Source: Candidatus Hydrogenedentota bacterium
GTDB lineage: Bacteria > Hydrogenedentota > Hydrogenedentia > Hydrogenedentales > JAEUWI01
DNA: 30,729 nt
NCBI GenBank assembly: GCA_034669905.1
Contig: JAXMOL010000072.1
Location: 1-30,729 of the forward strand
Direction: 5' to 3'
Both the position numbers and the translations under genes were made by a program. The notes below the pieces were generated by a model that was not told the origin of the DNA, did no database searches, and saw only the letters and a list, made by a program, of their open reading frames with translations. The number at the start of each line of letters is the position of its first letter. Positions within the stretch are counted from its first letter, which is position 1. Positions 1 to 8,955 of the stretch are shown here, piece after piece.

Positions 1-123
1 CCAATGCATCCGAGACAACTTCTAAGGGCCCAGCCGCTAAAAATTCAGCTGCCAGGCTTGGGGGTATAGCTGTGTTGCATTTAGTATATGAATCCAAGGG
101 GCAGTTGACAGGTGTCAGTTCTA

Positions 124-972
124 TTAGGGGGTGGAGGTCAGGCTTTTTGTCATGAAATCCACGACGATGGGAAGACTTTCGCGGACTACGTCGAAGGTGT
201 GGCCCCCCTTGAGTTCATGGTAGTCGTGTTGGATGCCCAACTCGGTCAGTCGCGCGGCGAAGTTTTCATTCATGGTGCGATCAAAGGCCGTATCGCCCGT
301 GATGATACAGAGGGCCATATTGCGCAGCGATTCCGCCTGGTGCAGGGGATTCAAGGCGAGCCAGGTTTCCCTGTCTTCACCAAAGCGGTCCAGCGGGACG
401 GCGTAGGATTGGCCTTTCGGCAGTCCCGTGCGGGGGAAATCGAGGAGGCCGATCATGGGCGCGAGGGCCGCGAAGTTCTCCGTGTTGGCGAGGGCGTAGC
501 GGGTGCAGCCGTAGCCGCCCATGCTCCAGCCACTGAGGCCCCGCTGCCTGGGGTCGGTGGAGAGGTTGAACTGGGCCGTGGCGTGGGTGACCACTTCGTC
601 CATGTAATCCTGATAGCGGTCCTTCGGTTTCGCGGGTGAATTGATGTACCACCCATCATCGCCGTCGGGCAGGATGGTGACGAAGGGGGCAGCGAGGAGG
701 GCTTCCCGTGCCCCGGGGTCATCCACCAGGGAGCGCTCATGACGTCCCCGACCATGGAAGAGAAAGAGGACGGGCCAGGGGCGGGCATCGCGTTCGTAGC
801 CTTCGGGAAGGACGGCGCAATAGGTTTTAGTTTTTTCGAGCACCTGACTGGGGAAGGAGAGGGCGTGAATGCGGGGTGCGATAACCGTGTCCGCCGCAAT
901 GGCGGGCGCTGGGGTGGACACGCCTAACGTGAGGAGCAGGGCGATACGCGAAATCATAAGTGGCCAATTCAT
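124..972 (-). CDS. Secreted alpha/beta-hydrolase esterase (putative esterase family)
   Basis: Nucleophile elbow GWSMGG, HG motif (LFLFHGRG), C-terminal GGHTF catalytic His, N-terminal signal-peptide-like stretch. Start moved to the ATG at 972 (MNWPLMISR), which overlaps the TAA of the GH95 gene (TAATG). Confidence 0.85.
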   Translation of the reverse strand: MNWPLMISRIALLLTLGVSTPAPAIAADTVIAPRIHALSFPSQVLEKTKTYCAVLPEGYERDARPWPVLFLFHGRGRHERSLVDDPGAREALLAAPFVTILPDGDDGWYINSPAKPKDRYQDYMDEVVTHATAQFNLSTDPRQRGLSGWSMGGYGCTRYALANTENFAALAPMIGLLDFPRTGLPKGQSYAVPLDRFGEDRETWLALNPLHQAESLRNMALCIITGDTAFDRTMNENFAARLTELGIQHDYHELKGGHTFDVVRESLPIVVDFMTKSLTSTP

Positions 973-3368
973 TATTCCCGTTCCAGTCCGTTGGGCGCTT
1001 CCAGGTCGCTTGGGGTAATCGTAGTCGTGTCGGAGTTCAGCATCAGCGCGCGCGTCCGGTCGCCGTACCGCAATTTCACGTGCCCACCCGATTTCTTGTG
1101 GAGGGTGGCTTCGATCAGTGCGCCGTCGCGCCATGCCATATCGACGACAACGCCGCCGCGGGCGACGAGCCCTTTCACTTCCCCCTCTGGCCAGGCGGAG
1201 GGCAGGGCCGGCAAAAGGTGTATTTCGTCTGCGTGACTCTGGAGGAGCATTTCTGCCATGGCGGCCGCCGCGCCCATATTGCCGTCGAGCTGGAAGGGCG
1301 GATGGGCGCAGAACAGGTTTTCATAAACGCCACCGGCCTTTTCCATGACGACGTTTTTCTCGTGGGTGAGCTGGAGCACGTTGCGGAGCAGCTTGTGCGC
1401 CCGGTCTCCATCCTGGAGGCGCGCCCAGAAGCAGGCCTTCCAGGCAATGGACCAGCCCGACCCCCTGTTGCCCCGTCCCTCCAGGCTGACCCGTGCGGCA
1501 TCGGCCCATTCCGGCGTCTGGGTGACGTTGATTTGTGCACCGGGAAAGAGGGCAAAGAGATGGGAGACATGGCGGTGGGTGTTTTTGGGGTCGTCTACAT
1601 CCTCGATCCATTCCTGGAGCTGGCCCCACCGGCCCACGGTGGGGGGATGGATTCGGTCGCGGAGGTTACGGGAAAGGTTGGTGTGCGTGTCCTCGAAGCC
1701 GAGGACCTGGGCGGCCTTCACGCAGTTGTTGAGCACGTCCCAAGCGATTTGATGGTCCATGGACGCGCCGCCCGAGATGCCGCCGTGTTCGGGGGAGTAG
1801 GAGGGGATAGAAACGAGGTTACCGTTTTCGTCTTCCTGAAGATACTCAATCCAGAATCGGGCGGCTTCCTTCATGACCGGATAGGCCTCATCGCGGAGAT
1901 AGTCCACATCGCCCGTGAAGGCATAGTGCTCCCAAAGATGCTGAGACAGCCAGGCCGCGCCGGCGGGGAAGAATCCCCAGGGGAAATCCCAACCGGGTGC
2001 GGTGAATCCGTAGGCGTTGTTCATGGTGTTGACGACCCAGCCCTGTCGGGTTCCAAAGTGGGTTTGGGCGGTCACGCGGCCGGGCTCGACGAGGCTTGCG
2101 GTATATTCCAGCAGGGGGCGGTGGCACTCGGAAAGATTGGTGACTTCGGCGGGCCAGTAGAGCATTTGCTCATTGATGTTGGTGTGGTAATCGGCGGCCC
2201 AGGGCGGATTCGTGCTGTTGTTCCACTTGCCCTGGAGGTGCATGGGGAGCGTGCCGGGGCGTGATGCGGCAATGGTGAGGTAGCGGGCGTATTGAAAGAG
2301 GAGGATCTCGAGGGCGATGTCGTCGGCGCCATTGCGGTAGGCGAGGAGCCGGGTATTGGTGGTGGCGTTGGACGGGGGGAGCGATGTCCCCAGGTGCACG
2401 GAGACGCGGTTGAAGAGCTTCTGGTGGTCCGCAATATGGATAGTTTTTACCGTCTCGAAATCGAGGCCGTCGAGCCCCTGTTGTGCCGTGTCGTTCTCCG
2501 CGACGTAGTCCGTGCCGCGATAGGTCGGGTAGTCGTTCTTGTAGGCCGTGGCCGCGAGGTGAAAAAGAGTAAGGGACCGGGCTGCCGTCACGTGCAGACG
2601 GCCCGCTTCATCGGTCGTCACGGCGCCATCGGTTTGTACGAGCAGCCGGGTCTCGAAGGCGAGCCCGTTGTCGGCCACATGGCCCCGGAGCCGAATGCCG
2701 GTAGTGTCGGCGGTCAGGCTGTCGACGGCGTGGGGCGTTTCGATGCGAAGGGTGTATGCGGTGCCATCCGGTGCGTTGTTTTCGAAGTGGTAGGCCATGG
2801 CTCGATGGGGGTAGCTGCCCAGAAAGGTGCGGGTGTGACGTACCCCGCCTGCGGTGTAGTGGACCTGGCCCAGGGCCTGTTCAATATCGAGGGCCCGTTT
2901 GTAACCGGTGACGGGACCCTCCTGCGCCACCGAGACATAGAGGTCTCCCATGGTCTGTTGGGCACCGTAGTCACCAAAGTCGAGCGCGCTTCCCTCCTTC
3001 TTGTGAATGACACCCGTGAGTTCCCGGTTGGCCAGTGCGTGGGCCTCGTCGCGCTTACCCGCTTTGAGGAGGGTCCGTACGGCTTCCAAATGCTCCGCCG
3101 CGCCTTCACGGTTACCGAAATTGTAGTCGGGGTGTGCGCCCGGCCCACCGGCCCAGAGGCTGCCTTCGCTGAATTGGATGTGTTCCTCGTCGTGTCCTCC
3201 GAAAAACATGGCCCCCATGTAGCCATTGCCAATCGGGAGGGCCTGGGTCATCCAGTCTGTGGCGGGGGCGTCGTAATGGAGACGCAGGGGGGATGCTGCG
3301 GCGTAGGCGAGGGGGGCGGTAGCCACGAGGGTCAGGACAGTTAATGCCAGAAAACGTATGGGCGACAT
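972..3368 (-). CDS. Glycoside hydrolase family 95 (alpha-L-fucosidase/galactosidase-like), secreted
   Basis: ALPIGNGYMGAM, LFQYARYL, LQGKWN, ADYHTNINEQMLYWP, SYSPEHG, HRHVSHLF and HPPFQLDGNMG are typical GH95 motifs. Signal peptide present; AGGAG RBS upstream. Confidence 0.93.
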   Translation of the reverse strand: MSPIRFLALTVLTLVATAPLAYAAASPLRLHYDAPATDWMTQALPIGNGYMGAMFFGGHDEEHIQFSEGSLWAGGPGAHPDYNFGNREGAAEHLEAVRTLLKAGKRDEAHALANRELTGVIHKKEGSALDFGDYGAQQTMGDLYVSVAQEGPVTGYKRALDIEQALGQVHYTAGGVRHTRTFLGSYPHRAMAYHFENNAPDGTAYTLRIETPHAVDSLTADTTGIRLRGHVADNGLAFETRLLVQTDGAVTTDEAGRLHVTAARSLTLFHLAATAYKNDYPTYRGTDYVAENDTAQQGLDGLDFETVKTIHIADHQKLFNRVSVHLGTSLPPSNATTNTRLLAYRNGADDIALEILLFQYARYLTIAASRPGTLPMHLQGKWNNSTNPPWAADYHTNINEQMLYWPAEVTNLSECHRPLLEYTASLVEPGRVTAQTHFGTRQGWVVNTMNNAYGFTAPGWDFPWGFFPAGAAWLSQHLWEHYAFTGDVDYLRDEAYPVMKEAARFWIEYLQEDENGNLVSIPSYSPEHGGISGGASMDHQIAWDVLNNCVKAAQVLGFEDTHTNLSRNLRDRIHPPTVGRWGQLQEWIEDVDDPKNTHRHVSHLFALFPGAQINVTQTPEWADAARVSLEGRGNRGSGWSIAWKACFWARLQDGDRAHKLLRNVLQLTHEKNVVMEKAGGVYENLFCAHPPFQLDGNMGAAAAMAEMLLQSHADEIHLLPALPSAWPEGEVKGLVARGGVVVDMAWRDGALIEATLHKKSGGHVKLRYGDRTRALMLNSDTTTITPSDLEAPNGLERE

Positions 3369-3480
3369 GTGGAGGGGCTCCTGGTTGCTGAGGAGACATC
3401 ATGCCAAATCGGATTGACTGGACGCCAGCGGTTGTGCCGCGTTGAGGTGCTTACTCCGCCGTGCAGGGGCTTTCCGCGAC

Positions 3481-3540
3481 GTGGCACCCGTAAACCCGGC
3501 GACCGGTGGTCGCGTGCCGGGTGTAAGGGTGGCACCCTTG
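3481..3540. repeat. Intergenic hairpins with a 9-nt direct repeat
   Basis: ACCCGGC(3494-3500)/GCCGGGT(3516-3522), with alternative inner pairing GCGACC/GGTCGC. Second stem AAGGGT/ACCCTT at 3525-3539. GTGGCACCC occurs at 3481 and 3529. Confidence 0.4.
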
Positions 3541-3586
3541 CCGTCGCTTTCACAGACGTGAGATGGTCGTGTCGGTGGAGAGCAGG

Positions 3587-5470
3587 CTACGGGTAGACGC
3601 GGACTTCGAATATGCGGGCGTGGTCGAGACCGTTGGTCGCGGTTACCGTGACGCGTAGTTTGCTTATGGTTGTGGTGGTGTCCACGGTGTGACGTACCAG
3701 TCGTTGGTAGTTGTTCTTCACCGAGACCAGGGGTTCCCACGTGTCGCCATCGAAGCCTTCAATGACATAGTCCCGCACCGTTTCCCCCTGGGCTATGCCC
3801 CATTCCATCTTACTGGCGGTGTAGCCATCGTGATGGCTCAGAGTGAGGTGTCGGTGCATGCCCGTATCGAACACAAGCTGTATCTCACGGGGAACTATCA
3901 GGCCATCAAACGCAAGTTCCAGCGAGGCAGGTAAGGCATCGCTGGGGTCAGACATCCACCGTTGGCTGCCGGGAAAGTTTCGATTCGGCGGTGCGCCACG
4001 CTCTCCGTGGACACAGCGGGTCTGGCCTTGGAGGACGGCACTCGCGGGGCCTTCGGGTTGTTCGTTGGAGGCCATTATCCTTGCGGTGCGGGCGAGATCC
4101 AAGGGATCTTCGTTAACCCGTCCGACGAGAAAGCAGTCATCCCGCAGCAAACGCTGCTGGATAGTCTTCAGGTCGTCCGGGGAATCCAGGAGCTGAGGGA
4201 GCGCCAGGTGGGCGTCTGTTGCATGGGCCAGCGCCGTGCCGACTCCTTGCCCCATGACGGCACAGGTGGCCATCACGCGGGTGGAGGCGAAGGCCACGTG
4301 GGTGGCAGAGATGTTGCGCCCGGCGAAGGCGAGATTGGTCACGTTCTTCGAGATACAGGCCGCGAGGGGAATGTCGTAGAGCCAGGGCACGGGATGCTGC
4401 ACGCAGGGCTCGAGCGTCGGGGCGTCGATCCCTTCGGGTGGGTGGAGGTCGATAGACCAGCCGCCGTAGGCAATGGCATCCTCAAATTTCCGGGAAGTCA
4501 GCACATCGTCCTGGGTCAGTATGTGGTGACCGACGAAGCGGCGACTTTCTCGTTTGCCGGGAAGAAAGCCAAACCAGTCGAGGGCCCAGTGGGAGGCCTC
4601 AAAGGGGTCGGCCCCCGGCGCGGTGCCCTCGGGGCCGTTTTTCACGTGGTCCCAGATGCCGAGCACAATGGCCAGCAATTCATCGCGGATGGCTTCATTG
4701 TCTTTGATGGTATCCAGCACGCCGCCATACTCGGCCCACCAATAGCCGTATTCGTGGGTGGGTTCCTCTTCGCCGGGTGTGGCGTAAAGGCGGAGGGCAA
4801 AATCGTCTTTGGTAAATTTTCGTGCCCACTCGGGGGCCACAAAGGGCATGGGACGGTCGTGTTTTCGTGCCTGCAACAGAATGGTCGAACCGAGGCGTTT
4901 GTTGTCGGCCTGGTTTTGGGCAAGGCTCTCGCCATGAGACGCCTGATCTTCGCGCCCCTCCATAAACAGGGCACCTGCTTCCGCGCCAAGGCGTCCATCC
5001 CCGGTGCAATCCACGTAGTAGTCGGCCGTGATGGTGAAGCGGTCTTCCGTGGCCTGGCGCTCGGCGACAGCGGTCGCAATCCGGTCGCCGTCCATGGAGA
5101 CGGCAGTCAGGGTGGTGTTGAGCAGGAGCGTGAGATTGGGCTCGGCGCGGCACTTTTCATAGAGGATGAGGTCAAACATGGCGGCCGAACGCTGGGGATT
5201 GCGGATGCAATTTTCCAGGCGAATCTCTTCCACAATGCCCCCTTCGCGGGCCTCGGTTTTGAGCGCTTCGCCGCGGTCAAAGTGGCCCGTGCCATTGGCC
5301 CCCACGATGTGCATGCGCACTTCGCTGGAGGCATTGCCACCCAGGACTGGGCGGTCATGGACGAGGATGACGCGGGCGCCATTACGCGCGGCGGCGAGGG
5401 CACAGGGCACCCCCGCCGGACCGCCCCCGGCGACGAGAATTTGAGCCGAAAGACGATGTTCTTCCAGCAT
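3587..5470 (-). CDS. FAD-dependent oxidoreductase (FAD_oxidored-type) with a C-terminal discoidin/F5-8-like domain
   Basis: Rossmann motif VAGGGPAG, LGGNASSE, DCTGDG, GKRESRR, AGRNISATH, STRVMAT. C-terminal beta-rich domain ending ARIFEVRVY. Confidence 0.85.
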   Translation of the reverse strand: MLEEHRLSAQILVAGGGPAGVPCALAAARNGARVILVHDRPVLGGNASSEVRMHIVGANGTGHFDRGEALKTEAREGGIVEEIRLENCIRNPQRSAAMFDLILYEKCRAEPNLTLLLNTTLTAVSMDGDRIATAVAERQATEDRFTITADYYVDCTGDGRLGAEAGALFMEGREDQASHGESLAQNQADNKRLGSTILLQARKHDRPMPFVAPEWARKFTKDDFALRLYATPGEEEPTHEYGYWWAEYGGVLDTIKDNEAIRDELLAIVLGIWDHVKNGPEGTAPGADPFEASHWALDWFGFLPGKRESRRFVGHHILTQDDVLTSRKFEDAIAYGGWSIDLHPPEGIDAPTLEPCVQHPVPWLYDIPLAACISKNVTNLAFAGRNISATHVAFASTRVMATCAVMGQGVGTALAHATDAHLALPQLLDSPDDLKTIQQRLLRDDCFLVGRVNEDPLDLARTARIMASNEQPEGPASAVLQGQTRCVHGERGAPPNRNFPGSQRWMSDPSDALPASLELAFDGLIVPREIQLVFDTGMHRHLTLSHHDGYTASKMEWGIAQGETVRDYVIEGFDGDTWEPLVSVKNNYQRLVRHTVDTTTTISKLRVTVTATNGLDHARIFEVRVYP

Positions 5471-5472
5471 GG

Positions 5473-7131
5473 CTATGCGTTCTGTGTCTTGTCGCCCCGG
5501 TCAAAGAGCTTACAGGCGATATGGCCTACGACGACATTTACCAGCACCGTGCAGGGCGCAATCCAAAGGAAGCTGACGGGGTCGACGAGCACATCCGGCT
5601 CGGCGTCAGACAGGGGGACCCGACCGAAGATGTCACCAGAGAAGGCAATCAAAATCGCGGTCGTTGTTCCGAAGAGCCAGCCAATCCACACGCCGGGCGC
5701 ATTGGAGCGCTTCACGAAGAGGGAGAAGTAGAAGAGGCCGAAGATGGGGGTGACCAGCAGGTTGGCGGTCTTATTGGTAACTTCCGTGATGTTGCCCTGA
5801 ATCTGACCGACGTAGACACTGCCCAAAACAATGATAGCGCCAATGCCAAAGGCCATACAGCGGGCCATGATGACGTGGCCCCGTTCGGTCTTCGGTTTCT
5901 TCCCAAAGCGATCGAGCAGGTCGGTCATGACCACGGCGGTGATGGAGTTTACGCCGGAGTCAATGGAGGACATGGCGGCTGCAAACATGGCCGAAACAAC
6001 CAGGCCGGAAATACCGATGGGCAAGTGGAATGAAATAAAGCGGGGGAAAAGATCGTCGGCGTTTTCTTTGAGTACGAATCCTTCCGGGAGCAAGTTGGTG
6101 GCGTCTTTAAAGTATCCCATCAGCGCGAGTCCTACGATATAGAGGACGAAGGTGATGAAGGCCCCCACGCAGAGCTGGGTGGCCAGGGCGCGTCGGGCGG
6201 TTTTCGCGTCTCGGGTGGACATGAAACGTTGGACAGAAACCTGGTCGCCGCCGGAGGTGCAGATGTACCAGATGGCGACACTCACCACGGTGCCAATAAC
6301 GGTCAGGCGTGTTTTCGGGTCGAAACTGAAGAGGGGCTGGGTGTCCCAGTGGGGCTGCCAGGTGGTGGGAAACCAGCTGAAGCCGCCCTTGTCGATGGTC
6401 ACCATGACGATGACAAGCAGGGCGCCGCCCAGGAGCAGTATGGTCTGTATCAAATCGGTAATAACGACGGCCCGCATGCCGCCCAGGGACGTGTAGGTCA
6501 CCGCGACAAAGCCGGTCACCAGCACGATATGGGGGATGTATTCTTCACCCACCCCCATCATAACCGACATGGCCTTTGCCGTCAGGTAGACCAGGAGCGA
6601 CATCCACACGAGGCGAAGCAAGAGGAACATGCCGACCCCGAGGAGGCGCACACTCAATCCGAGTTTCGTCTCGAGGAGCTCGTAGGCGCTGGTGACGCGC
6701 TGTTCCATATAGACCGGGATCATGAAATAGCCCACGACAATAAAGACAATGGGATAAGCCAGCAGGGTAACGCCATAGATGGGGCCCTTGCCGACGATTT
6801 CTCCCGGGATGGAGAGATAGCTGATGGTACTCAGCAGCGTGGCGAAGAGAGAGACGCCAATGAGGAACCAGGGCATGTTGCCGCTGCCCACAAAGTATTC
6901 TTTGGTGGTGGTCTGTTTGCGGCTGAAATAGTAGCCGAGTCCGATGGTAGCCAGCCCGTAGGCGACGATAATGGCCCAATCGACGGCCGCAAGCCCGTGA
7001 GCGACGGGTTCTTCTGCCAGGGCCTCTTGTGCCCCCGCGATGCCCCCCAGACACGACATGCCGATGAAGCCGAGCGCGAATCGTGCCATCCCGCTATTCC
7101 AGTAAGTGGGTTTCATTTTGGGAATCATCAC
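5473..7131 (-). CDS. Sodium:solute symporter (SSS family)
   Basis: Many TM helices; EYFVGSGNM, SLFATLLS, SAYELLE, YTSLGGMRAVVITDLIQ, DQVSVQRFMS, AAAMSSIDSGVNS. GTG start with AGGAGGT RBS at 7141-7147. Confidence 0.93.
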   Translation of the reverse strand: MMIPKMKPTYWNSGMARFALGFIGMSCLGGIAGAQEALAEEPVAHGLAAVDWAIIVAYGLATIGLGYYFSRKQTTTKEYFVGSGNMPWFLIGVSLFATLLSTISYLSIPGEIVGKGPIYGVTLLAYPIVFIVVGYFMIPVYMEQRVTSAYELLETKLGLSVRLLGVGMFLLLRLVWMSLLVYLTAKAMSVMMGVGEEYIPHIVLVTGFVAVTYTSLGGMRAVVITDLIQTILLLGGALLVIVMVTIDKGGFSWFPTTWQPHWDTQPLFSFDPKTRLTVIGTVVSVAIWYICTSGGDQVSVQRFMSTRDAKTARRALATQLCVGAFITFVLYIVGLALMGYFKDATNLLPEGFVLKENADDLFPRFISFHLPIGISGLVVSAMFAAAMSSIDSGVNSITAVVMTDLLDRFGKKPKTERGHVIMARCMAFGIGAIIVLGSVYVGQIQGNITEVTNKTANLLVTPIFGLFYFSLFVKRSNAPGVWIGWLFGTTTAILIAFSGDIFGRVPLSDAEPDVLVDPVSFLWIAPCTVLVNVVVGHIACKLFDRGDKTQNA

Positions 7132-7223
7132 GGGCGAAATACCTCCTGCTGTAGGGTGGGCCGCAACCGGTGTGAAGTCCCGGTAAGGGCCCGTTAATTC
7201 GGATTTTCGTTACTCGGTGCAGT

Positions 7224-7267
7224 ACTATAGCATGCCCACCAAGGCAAAGGGAAAGACTTGTTATAAC
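7224..7267. promoter_or_regulatory. Candidate divergent extended -10 promoters
   Basis: Minus strand TG-C-TATAGT (7232-7224) points to the symporter. Plus strand TG-T-TATAAC (7259-7267) points to the aldolase. Confidence 0.4.
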
Positions 7268-7306
7268 CAATCGGCGCCCCGTTCGGCGCCATGGAAAGTG
7301 CTGTTT

Positions 7307-8083
7307 ATGTTGAGAAAAAGTAAAGCCCTCGCCAAAATTCGCGCGGGAGAGGCCGTCCGCATCTGCATGCTGGGCCACTTCATTCCCCCCTATGTCCATC
7401 TCGCGGCCCAGGCCGGGTTCGATTGCATCTGGTTGGACCTTGAGCACCGACTCATAGACGAGCGGGAAGTGCAGGCCCTGTTGGCCCAGTTCCACCTGGC
7501 CGATATCGACTGTATGCTCCGTTCACCCACCCGTGAGAAGAACCGGCTCTATCGTTATCTGGAAGATGGTGCGGCGGGATTGATGATTCCCCATGTCTCG
7601 ACCGTGGAGCAGGCCGAAGCGTTGGTGCAGGCGACGAAGTTTCCGCCCCTGGGTGATCGGGGACTGGACGGGGTCGGCTTTGATACCCACTATACCTTGA
7701 CGGATCGGGAGACCTACACGGAACACGCGAATCGTGAGACTTTTCTGGTGGTGCAAATAGAGACGCCGGAGGGGGTGAAGAACGCCGAACAAATCGCGGC
7801 CCTGGATGGTATTGCCGGACTTTTTGTGGGGCCCAGTGATTTGGGACTTCGTCTGAGCAAATTCAAGGGCCTTCCGAGCCTGGATGAATGCATCGAGCAG
7901 GTGGCCCATGCGGCGTCGCAATATGGTAAGGCCTGGGGATTGCCGGCCGGTACCCCGGAGCAATTGGCCAAGTACCACGGGATGGGCGCACAACTCTTGG
8001 CCCATGGGAGTGAGTATGGCGCCTTGAAAGGCATGTTGGACGCCAGTTCACGCCGCTTTGACGCAGCACTTGCCCCCAAATAA
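7307..8083 (+). CDS. HpcH/HpaI (class II pyruvate) aldolase family protein
   Basis: GFDCIWLDLEH, LEDGAAGLMIPHV, KFPPLGDRG, VQIETPEGV, LFVGPSDL. The ATG at 7307 (MLRKSK) is preferred over the ORF-track start at 7217. Confidence 0.9.
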   Translation: MLRKSKALAKIRAGEAVRICMLGHFIPPYVHLAAQAGFDCIWLDLEHRLIDEREVQALLAQFHLADIDCMLRSPTREKNRLYRYLEDGAAGLMIPHVSTVEQAEALVQATKFPPLGDRGLDGVGFDTHYTLTDRETYTEHANRETFLVVQIETPEGVKNAEQIAALDGIAGLFVGPSDLGLRLSKFKGLPSLDECIEQVAHAASQYGKAWGLPAGTPEQLAKYHGMGAQLLAHGSEYGALKGMLDASSRRFDAALAPK

Positions 8084-8118
8084 AAAATACCCCTGTGTGC
8101 CGGGGGGCGCACAGGGGT
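8081..8118 (-). terminator. Intrinsic terminator between convergent genes
   Basis: 13-bp stem ACCCCTGTGTGCC(8089-8101)/GGCGCACAGGGGT(8106-8118) with one imperfect pair. The A-run at 8082-8087 gives a U-tract on the minus strand. Confidence 0.75.
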
Positions 8119-8148
8119 CAAAGTAGTTGGGAAAATGCCAGGGTCCCG

Positions 8149-8892
8149 TCAGGGGGCATGGTCGCTCATGGGGGAGCACTCCGAACCGTCTTGTACCATG
8201 TTGCACCAGGTCTGGGGGTCACCGGAGTCAACGCACGAGCCGTTGGAGCACCATTTCCCATTGCCGCCCGTGGGGGCGTAGGTGCCCACGCTTTTGCTGT
8301 TGTCGAGCAGAATCTTGTTTTTTCTGGCTTGCTGCACCGATTTCCGGATGTTCCACTTGTCGGTCTGATAGAGTTCGCCCAGGGTGCGGTCGCCACAGGC
8401 TTTGATAAAGTCGTCCCATTCTGCGGTCGAGACGTAGGCATCGTTTTCCTGCATATACATGAAGGGAGTGCAGAAGTGATTCATACGTCCCCCGGCGTCG
8501 ATGAAGAATTTGCTCAACATGGAAACGATCGCAGCGAGGGGAGAATCGGCGGGGGCTTTCTGGAGGAAGAGGGTGTCCAGATGAGCGTCTTCCGGGTAGC
8601 CCGCAGCCTTTAGCATGGCCTCAATCTGGGTCAGCACACCGGTGGGGCCGACGAGTTCGGCCTTGACGTCATAGGCATTGCCATCGGGATCGGTCTGAAG
8701 GTCAGGGTGCTGATCCAGGGCATCGGCGTTGGCCATCAGTTTTCCCAGGCCCGAGGTAACGCTTCCGTCACTGAACTTATTGCTATACAGTTCGGTGTAG
8801 GTAATCCCGTCCAGCAGGTATACCATCAGGTTGATTCCCCGGGTAAGCGGTGTGGTGCGCATTTCTTTCGTGACATCACTCGGTAGCGACAT
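8149..8892 (-). CDS. Unknown protein, family X copy 1 (247 aa, 4-Cys tail)
   Basis: RGINLMVYLL, HFCTPF and C-x4-C-x8-WCN-x7-C are shared with three other ORFs in the window. RBS GAGGA; starts 63 nt after the kinase 1 stop. Confidence 0.85.
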   Translation of the reverse strand: MSLPSDVTKEMRTTPLTRGINLMVYLLDGITYTELYSNKFSDGSVTSGLGKLMANADALDQHPDLQTDPDGNAYDVKAELVGPTGVLTQIEAMLKAAGYPEDAHLDTLFLQKAPADSPLAAIVSMLSKFFIDAGGRMNHFCTPFMYMQENDAYVSTAEWDDFIKACGDRTLGELYQTDKWNIRKSVQQARKNKILLDNSKSVGTYAPTGGNGKWCSNGSCVDSGDPQTWCNMVQDGSECSPMSDHAP

Positions 8893-8955
8893 GAATGTTC
8901 CTCTGCGTTTGATTGCGGTTACTGACTACTGCCAAAAAGGATATCGGTGGGGGGA

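Noticed and set aside
960..7197. Long plus-strand ORFs (960-2264, 2292-3344, 3962-5731, 6229-7197)
   Set aside because: They are antisense shadows of well-supported minus-strand genes, expected from high-GC codon bias, and carry no recognisable motifs.
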